Source: Psychrobacter sp. HD31
Lineage (GTDB): Bacteria; Pseudomonadota; Gammaproteobacteria; Pseudomonadales; Moraxellaceae
Direction of reading: 5' to 3'
NCBI RefSeq assembly: GCF_051097895.1
Contig: NZ_CP142525.1
Span: forward strand, 1,410,001-1,442,000
DNA length: 32,000 nucleotides
Position numbers and translations under genes: made by a program. Within the stretch, counting starts at the first letter, position 1. Each line of letters starts with the position of its first letter. The notes beneath the pieces were generated by a model. That model was given only the letters and a program-made list of their open reading frames with translations. It was not told where the DNA came from and searched no databases. Shown piece after piece: positions 25,866 through 32,000 of the stretch.

Positions 25866-26519
25866 ATGAATAATTTAATATCTTTTCCACTTAAGTCTTC
25901 TAAAATAGCGATTATTTTAAATGGTGAGCGAGAATCCCACCTTATATTACAAAATAACTGGCATAGTTATGAACATATTATTGTTTGTGATGGCGCTTGG
26001 AATGACATAAACACTAAGCTAGTAGAAAAAGAGATAGATAAAATTACCGTTTTAGGAGACGGAGACTCTATTAAAAATAGTCCAAAAAACTTTATTAAAA
26101 TACAAGATGAAGATAGCACAGATTTTGAGAAAGCTATCAAGTGGCTACTAAAAAAAAATGCTCATAAAAAACAGATTCATGTTGATGTGTTTTGGGCAAA
26201 TGGTAAATCACTAGACCACACGCTTGGAAATTTGGCAATTGCCAGTCAATATGCACAAAAGGTCACTTGTCACTTTTATGCAGAACAACAATATTATCGA
26301 TTTGTAGAAAATGATTTTAGTATAAAGAGCAATGCTGAAAAAACGGTATCCATCTTCCCTTATCCTGAATACTTTGTAAAAAGCAGTAGCGGGTTGAAAT
26401 ATCCTATGTGTGATTACCCGATGCAGGTTAATACGCAACAAAGTTTACGTAATGAAATTTCAGCTAACGATGCTTTTATTGCAGGCACAGGCAGCTGCTT
26501 TGTTTTTATTCAACTTTAA
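25866..26519 (+). CDS. thiamine pyrophosphokinase (TPK/ThiN family)
   Basis: The ORF is 217 aa. VLGDGDSI, DEDSTDFEKAI and GKSLDHTLGNL are present, as are the C-terminal VSIFPY and GLKYPM. They appear in the same order as the GDFDS / KDxTD / DHxLGN / thiamine-binding blocks of bacterial and eukaryotic TPKs. Confidence 0.8.
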   Translation: MNNLISFPLKSSKIAIILNGERESHLILQNNWHSYEHIIVCDGAWNDINTKLVEKEIDKITVLGDGDSIKNSPKNFIKIQDEDSTDFEKAIKWLLKKNAHKKQIHVDVFWANGKSLDHTLGNLAIASQYAQKVTCHFYAEQQYYRFVENDFSIKSNAEKTVSIFPYPEYFVKSSSGLKYPMCDYPMQVNTQQSLRNEISANDAFIAGTGSCFVFIQL

Positions 26520-26573
26520 AAATTGTTTATGTATGACTGATTCATCAATTAATCTTTAGTAACTTTATCTTTT

Positions 26574-26610
26574 ACAAAAACAAAAACGCCCTCATACGAG
26601 AGCGTTTTTT
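26574..26610. terminator. bidirectional rho-independent terminator shared by the TPK gene (+) and sdhB (-)
   Basis: The stem CGCCCTC-atac-GAGAGCG is flanked by an A-run (acaaaaacaaaaa) on the left and TTTTTT on the right. On the minus-strand RNA the single mismatch becomes a U.G wobble. Confidence 0.7.
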
Positions 26611-26635
26611 AAATAAACATCAACTATTTATGTTA

Positions 26636-27346
26636 TTAACCAGCTTGGTCGATAAGCATGTTACGGATATGACCAATAGCTTTGGTTGGGTTTAACCCTT
26701 TAGGGCAAACAGAAACACAGTTCATAATACCACGGCAGCGGAAGATGCTAAACGGATCATCTAAACGAGCAAGACGTGCTTGTGTATCAGAATCACGGCT
26801 ATCAATAATAAAGCGGTAGCCATTTAGCAATGCTGAAGGACCCAAGAACTTGTCTGGGTTCCACCAGAATGATGGACAGCTAGTAGAACAACAAGCACAT
26901 AATACACACTCATAAAGACCATTGAGTTTTTCACGATCTTCTGGCGATTGCTTACGCTCAGCTGGTGGTGCTGGTTGGTCATTGATTAAGTATGGATGTA
27001 CTTTTTCATACTGCTCATAAAACTGGTTCATATCAACAACCAAATCTTTCACTACTGGCAAACCAGGTAGTGGACGGATTGTGATTTTTGCTGGCAAGGT
27101 ATTCATGTTAATAAGACATGATAAACCATTTTTACCGTTGATATTCATACCGTCTGAACCACAAATACCTTCACGGCAAGAACGACGGAATGTTAATGTT
27201 TCGTCTTGTTTTTTAAGACGTAATAGTACATCCAAAAGCATACGATCAGAGTCTAACAACTCAATCGTATAAGTCTGCATGTATGGTGCTGCGTCCTTAT
27301 CAGGGTCGTAGCGGTAGATTTCGATGGTGCGAGTACCTCGGCTCAT
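26636..27346 (-). CDS. sdhB: succinate dehydrogenase iron-sulfur subunit
   Basis: The ORF is 236 aa. The three Cys clusters are present: CREGICGSDGMNING, CVLCACCSTSCPS and CRGIMNCVSVCPKG. Confidence 0.97.
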   Translation of the reverse strand: MSRGTRTIEIYRYDPDKDAAPYMQTYTIELLDSDRMLLDVLLRLKKQDETLTFRRSCREGICGSDGMNINGKNGLSCLINMNTLPAKITIRPLPGLPVVKDLVVDMNQFYEQYEKVHPYLINDQPAPPAERKQSPEDREKLNGLYECVLCACCSTSCPSFWWNPDKFLGPSALLNGYRFIIDSRDSDTQARLARLDDPFSIFRCRGIMNCVSVCPKGLNPTKAIGHIRNMLIDQAG

Positions 27347-27366
27347 AATGCTAACTCCACACTTTT

Positions 27367-27402
27367 GTTGATACGGGCTATTTAACTTAGGCTGGTATCA
27401 AC
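27367..27402 (-). other. perfect 8-bp stem-loop in the sdhA-sdhB spacer
   Basis: The inverted repeat GTTGATAC/GTATCAAC has a 20-nt loop. It ends 20 nt upstream of the sdhB ATG, just before its GGAG Shine-Dalgarno sequence. Confidence 0.5.
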
Positions 27403-27433
27403 ATATTTTTGTTAATTAAATTTCTTTAGGTAA

Positions 27434-27463
27434 CCTTTTCTAGCCTATTAAGGTTAGAAAAGG
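27434..27463 (-). other. perfect 9-bp stem-loop in the sdhA-sdhB spacer
   Basis: The inverted repeat CCTTTTCTA/TAGAAAAGG has a 12-nt loop and begins 11 nt after the sdhA stop. An alternative 6-bp pairing AACCTT/AAGGTT overlaps it. Confidence 0.5.
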
Positions 27464-27474
27464 ATATTCACTCA

Positions 27475-29331
27475 TTAGTAAACACGTGGCTTAGGCACAC
27501 AGTAGTCTGCCGTTAGTGGCACTTTTCGTACTGGTTTGTAGATGATTTTATTATCTTCTGCATACCAAAGTGTGTGCTTCATCCACTCATGGTCATTACG
27601 TCCATTTGGTGCATAATCGTCATCAAGGGGCTTCTCATAATCTAACACGGTATGAGCACCACGGCATTCATGGCGGCTAGCTGCTGAAAGCATGGTTGCT
27701 TTTGCTACTTCGTATAGGTTTGCTACTTCTAACGCTTCAATACGAGCCGTGTTAAACACTTGTGATTTATCTTCAAGATGGATGTTTTCTACCTTGTCTT
27801 TTAATGCCAAGATTTTTTCAACACCTTCATCCATTAACTCTTGCGTACGGAATACACCTGCATGATACTGCATTGCTTCACGGATTTCATCTGCTACATC
27901 TTGTGCATAATAACCTTCAGTAGAGTTTTGAAGTTTATTGACACGTGCTAATGTTTCATCAAGTGTCGTAATTGCCAATGGTTTGTAAGTATGGTCTGTG
28001 TTGTTAAACTCATCAATGATATGTTTACCAGCAGCTCGACCGAATACAACCAAGTCAAGTAGCGAGTTGGTACCCAAACGGTTTGCACCGTGTACACTTA
28101 CACAAGCACATTCACCAATTGCATACAAGCCCTTAACAAGCTTACCTTCAGTATATAAGCCTTCTTCATCTACATTGCCATTTAAATCTGGTACTGTTAC
28201 CTGACCATGGATATTGGTAGGAATACCGCCCATTTGATAGTGAATGGTTGGTACAACTGGAATTGGCTCTTTAGTAATATCAACGTTAGCAAAGTTTTTG
28301 CCAATTTCAAATACCGATGGCAAACGCTTCATAATAGTTTCAGCACCTAAGTGCGTCATATCCATTACGATGTAGTCACCATTTGGTCCACAGCCACGAC
28401 CTTCTTTAATTTCTTGGTCCATTGAACGTGATACCAAATCACGAGGTGCCAAGTCTTTAACAGTTGGTGCGTAGCGTTCCATAAAGGCTTCGCCATCTTT
28501 ATTACGTAAAATAGCACCTTCACCACGGCAACCCTCGGTAAGAAGTACGCCAGCGCCAGCAACACCGGTTGGGTGGAACTGCCAAAACTCCATATCTTGT
28601 AGTGGGATACCAGCACGAACTGCCATACCAGCGCCGTCACCCGTATTGATGTAGGCGTTTGTTGATGCTTTAAAGATACGACCTGCACCGCCCGTTGCTA
28701 ATACTGTAGTAGGTGCTTGGAATACACCGATTTCACCGGTTTCTTGGTCGGTTGCGATAACACCGTTAATGTTACCTTCTGCATCTTTAATTAAATCAAG
28801 CGCAATCCACTCAACAAAAAACTGAGTACCTTGCTCCACATTTTTTTGGTAAAGCGTATGCAACAATGCATGCCCCGTACGGTCAGCTGCGGCACAAGCA
28901 CGTTGTACTGCTTTTTCACCATAGTTTGAGGTGTGACCACCGAATGGACGTTGGTAAATAGTACCATCTTCGTTACGGTCAAACGGCATACCAAAGTGTT
29001 CTAGTTCATAAACTACCTTTGGTGCTTCACGGCACATATATTCGATTGCATCTTGGTCGCCCAACCAGTCAGACCCTTTAACGGTATCATAAAAGTGGAA
29101 GTGCCAGTTATCATGCGCCATATTACCAAGACTTGCACCAATACCACCCTGAGCGGCTACTGTGTGCGAACGAGTTGGGAAAACTTTAGTAATCACCGCG
29201 ACATTAAGGCCGCCTTTGGCAAGCTGCAGTGAAGCACGCATACCAGAACCACCACCACCAACGATGACTGCATCAAACTGTAACGTTTTGATGTTTTCCA
29301 TATTTTTGTAGACTTCGTTATACTCCGCCAT
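27475..29331 (-). CDS. sdhA: succinate dehydrogenase flavoprotein subunit
   Basis: The ORF is 618 aa. It has FDAVIVGGGGSGMRA and the covalent-FAD His context TRSHTVAAQGG. HPTG and RLGTNSLLDLVVFGR are also present. An AGGAG Shine-Dalgarno sequence lies 6 nt upstream. Confidence 0.97.
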   Translation of the reverse strand: MAEYNEVYKNMENIKTLQFDAVIVGGGGSGMRASLQLAKGGLNVAVITKVFPTRSHTVAAQGGIGASLGNMAHDNWHFHFYDTVKGSDWLGDQDAIEYMCREAPKVVYELEHFGMPFDRNEDGTIYQRPFGGHTSNYGEKAVQRACAAADRTGHALLHTLYQKNVEQGTQFFVEWIALDLIKDAEGNINGVIATDQETGEIGVFQAPTTVLATGGAGRIFKASTNAYINTGDGAGMAVRAGIPLQDMEFWQFHPTGVAGAGVLLTEGCRGEGAILRNKDGEAFMERYAPTVKDLAPRDLVSRSMDQEIKEGRGCGPNGDYIVMDMTHLGAETIMKRLPSVFEIGKNFANVDITKEPIPVVPTIHYQMGGIPTNIHGQVTVPDLNGNVDEEGLYTEGKLVKGLYAIGECACVSVHGANRLGTNSLLDLVVFGRAAGKHIIDEFNNTDHTYKPLAITTLDETLARVNKLQNSTEGYYAQDVADEIREAMQYHAGVFRTQELMDEGVEKILALKDKVENIHLEDKSQVFNTARIEALEVANLYEVAKATMLSAASRHECRGAHTVLDYEKPLDDDYAPNGRNDHEWMKHTLWYAEDNKIIYKPVRKVPLTADYCVPKPRVY

Positions 29332-29373
29332 TACTTTCTCCTAAATTTAGCTTTTAACCTTTTATCTGCAAGC

Positions 29374-29760
29374 TTAGTTGCCCCAGAAAATCATTAAGCC
29401 CCAGAACATGAACACCAACGTAGCAATAATCATCGCCGCTTGTAACACAAAACGGATGCCTGATGCTGCAGGCCCGAGTTTGTTAGTTGTTACATAGTCA
29501 GTAAATATTGTCCACATACCAACCCATGCGTGTCCAGCCAAAGCCAAAATAGTTACTAAACTTAATAAACGCATTGGCAAGCTCATCATAAAGCAGTACC
29601 AGCTTTCATAAGTAACGTCGCCGCCAAACAAAAAGAAACCAAGCATTACCAAGCTATATAAAGCCAAAACAACTGCACTGATACGCTGTACCATCCAGTC
29701 ACGAACGCCTGAACCCGTTAAACCTATTGCACTATTTGTGCCTGTATTATATTTTTTCAT
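29374..29760 (-). CDS. sdhD: succinate dehydrogenase membrane anchor subunit
   Basis: It has three transmembrane segments and the block GHAWVGMWTIFTDYV (compare E. coli IHAWIGMWQVLTDYV). I prefer ATG 29760, which overlaps the sdhC TAA by 1 nt (TAATG), over the track start at 29775. Confidence 0.85.
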   Translation of the reverse strand: MKKYNTGTNSAIGLTGSGVRDWMVQRISAVVLALYSLVMLGFFLFGGDVTYESWYCFMMSLPMRLLSLVTILALAGHAWVGMWTIFTDYVTTNKLGPAASGIRFVLQAAMIIATLVFMFWGLMIFWGN

Positions 29761-30140
29761 TAGAACATCACCCATACAAATGAAGCTAGAATCACAATAA
29801 CAGCAAGAACAATACTAATCCATGCTGCTCTTCGCCCTGATTCAAGCTCCTCGTTCATGCCTAAATCAGCAAGCAAGTGTTTAACACCCATAACAAAGTG
29901 ATAGCCGGTTGCTGCAACAAAAACCCAAACTATAAAGCGGATAAACATATTATCGAAAATTGAAGCAAACCCTTCAGGTGACGATAGTGATGTCTGTAAT
30001 ACAAATAATAGAACTGGAATTAAAACAAACAAGAGAAGACCAGAAACACGGTGTAGAATCGACGCCATTGCGATAGGCGACTTAGCGTTAACACTTAAAA
30101 TCTGACCTACAGATAAATTAATCGGTCGTTTATTTTTCAT
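29760..30140 (-). CDS. sdhC: succinate dehydrogenase cytochrome b556 subunit
   Basis: KRPINLS...IAMASILHRVSGLLLF...SLSSPEGF...YHFVMGVKHLLADLG parallels E. coli SdhC. I prefer ATG 30140 (AAGGA 8 nt upstream) over the track start at 30200. Confidence 0.85.
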   Translation of the reverse strand: MKNKRPINLSVGQILSVNAKSPIAMASILHRVSGLLLFVLIPVLLFVLQTSLSSPEGFASIFDNMFIRFIVWVFVAATGYHFVMGVKHLLADLGMNEELESGRRAAWISIVLAVIVILASFVWVMF

Positions 30141-30942
30141 GGTGGATATCCTTATTTTATTAGGACATTCAGTCATATTCATTGAATCTGTAGCCGTCAA
30201 TAATTAAAGGTAATCACAACACACCTAAAGATACTCACGACTAAGCCAAGACTATGGCTAAGAAATTATAGAAAAGTAACCACTTTTGTAGTTATTATTT
30301 GAGTTACTGCTTATATAAATAATAAACCACAAAAGCCAAACAAGTAACCAGTTGATTAGCTGGCTTGTGCTATAAATTAAGCAAGTTAAATTAACAAATA
30401 GCTAGCTAAAAAAAAATTACGGTAACATTATAGAATGACTATTAATAAAAAACAAATGAAATCCACAAAGAAATAATGAAAATGATGGCTTATAAGTCAC
30501 TGTTTAATAGAACAATTCTCATTATCATGTAAAATTTAATTAACGATTATTTTTATCATTAAAAGCAATTTTTTTGTTATTTTCTTAATATAGAAAAATT
30601 TTGTTACGATAGTATCACTAATAATCAGCATTAATTTACGTGACAATATAATAACTTTGTATTACATTAATAAGGTTGAAGGACAACCCCTTTAGCCCTT
30701 TTTTTATAAAAAGAGCCAAATAAAAGGACCTGCGCAACCCCCTAAATGTGACTGCTTAGACAAAAAAGCAACTTACTTTTTAATTCATTTTTTGCGCTAA
30801 TGTTAACACTTGTTAAAGATTATCAAACATAAAACCTTCAAATATTTTGATAGATAAAACAATTGTTTATAAATAAGATAGGTGAGGACTTATCCTATTT
30901 TTCACATTCCACCCAATTTTTATAACAGCACGAGAGGACGTT

Positions 30943-32000
30943 ATGACAGAAAAAAATGCAAAACTATTGGTTGATGGCAAAGAATATGACTTGCCAATTA
31001 TGAACGGCACACTAGGTAACCCTGTTATTGATGTATCAGCAGTTCAGCAAGCAGGTTATTGGACATACGACCCAGGTTTTAAAGTAACCGCTCCTGTTGA
31101 ATCAGCCATCACGTTCATTGATGGTGGTAAAGGTCAATTATTACACCGTGGTTATCCAATCGATCAATTAGCAGACAATGCAGAATACCTAGAAGTTTGC
31201 TATGCCCTTTTATACGGTGACTTACCAAATAAAGCACAAAAAGATGAGTTTTATGCAAAAGTGCAAGCTCACACAGCCGTACATGACCAGTTACGCAAGT
31301 TTTTTGAAGGCTTTAGACGTGATGCCCACCCAATGGCGATTATGATTGGTGTTGTCGGCGCATTATCTGCTTTTTATCATAACGACTTAGATTTAAGTGA
31401 TGAAGAACACCGAGAAGTTACTTCTATCCGCCTAATTGCAAAAATGCCAACAATTGCAGCAATGTGCTACAAATATACCCGAGGCGAACCGTTCATGTAC
31501 CCTCGCAACTCATTTAGCTATGCAGAAAACTTCTTATATATGATGTTTGCGACACCAGCTGATCCTGAGTACAAAGTTAATCCTGTTTTAGTTAAAGCAA
31601 TGGATAAAATCTTTACATTGCATGCTGATCACGAACAAAACGCTTCAACGTCTACCGTTCGTTTAGCTGGTTCTACTGGTGCTAACCCATATGCTTGTAT
31701 TTCTGCTGGTATTGGTGCTCTTTGGGGTCCATCACACGGTGGCGCTAACGAAGCCGTACTAAACATGCTTGATGAAATTGGCACGGTTGAAAACGTTGCT
31801 GAGTTCATGGAAAAAGTTAAACGCCGTGAAGTTAAATTAATGGGCTTTGGTCACCGTGTATACAAAAACTTTGACCCGCGTGCTAAAGTTATGAAAGAAA
31901 CCTGTGATGAAGTACTTGATGCTTTAGGCATTGACGATCCACAGTTAGAACTGGCTATGGAACTAGAAAGAATTGCTCTAGAAGACCCATACTTTGTTGA
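30943..32000 (+). CDS. gltA: citrate synthase (type II), 3' end beyond window
   Basis: My own translation reads [34 protein letters not shown]...[20 protein letters not shown]...[45 protein letters not shown]...[22 protein letters not shown] Shine-Dalgarno sequence lies at 30932-30938. It diverges from sdhC as in E. coli. Confidence 0.95.
   Translation, partial: MTEKNAKLLVDGKEYDLPIMNGTLGNPVIDVSAVQQAGYWTYDPGFKVTAPVESAITFIDGGKGQLLHRGYPIDQLADNAEYLEVCYALLYGDLPNKAQKDEFYAKVQAHTAVHDQLRKFFEGFRRDAHPMAIMIGVVGALSAFYHNDLDLSDEEHREVTSIRLIAKMPTIAAMCYKYTRGEPFMYPRNSFSYAENFLYMMFATPADPEYKVNPVLVKAMDKIFTLHADHEQNASTSTVRLAGSTGANPYACISAGIGALWGPSHGGANEAVLNMLDEIGTVENVAEFMEKVKRREVKLMGFGHRVYKNFDPRAKVMKETCDEVLDALGIDDPQLELAMELERIALEDPYFV

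Overview
This is an AT-rich gammaproteobacterial chromosome segment. Gene order and protein sequences look Moraxellaceae-like, but I cannot verify the taxon. Nearly all genes are on the minus strand.

Gene content, right to left:
- gltA (+, partial) diverges from sdhCDAB across an ~800-bp AT-rich control region.
- A plus-strand thiamine pyrophosphokinase gene interrupts the usual sdh-suc junction.
- Next comes sucA-sucB-lpdA-sucC-sucD, ending in a strong terminator.
- A ~6.7-kb block with visibly lower GC (about 10837-17638) follows. It encodes two TagF-like glycerophosphotransferases, a helical-repeat+LicD phosphotransferase, a TagD-type cytidylyltransferase fused to a Gfo/Idh/MocA oxidoreductase, and a GDPD phosphodiesterase.
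- Then a sugar-nucleotide precursor set: glmS, galU, pgi, a catalytically degenerate UDP-glucose-dehydrogenase paralog, and a convergent canonical ugd.
- Last are mazG, comEA and pcnB-folK (folK cut by the window edge).

The best candidate for something undescribed is the low-GC teichoic-acid-like island. It has no exporter or priming enzyme in the window. It also carries an unusual enzyme fusion, a polycationic 27-bp tandem-repeat N-terminus, and an A7 tract at the junction of two overlapping ORFs. The dead-looking UGDH paralog kept in the galU-pgi operon is the second candidate.

I found no rRNA, tRNA, CRISPR array, IS element or integrase. All functional calls rest on motif recognition by eye in the supplied translations. 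No searches were run.
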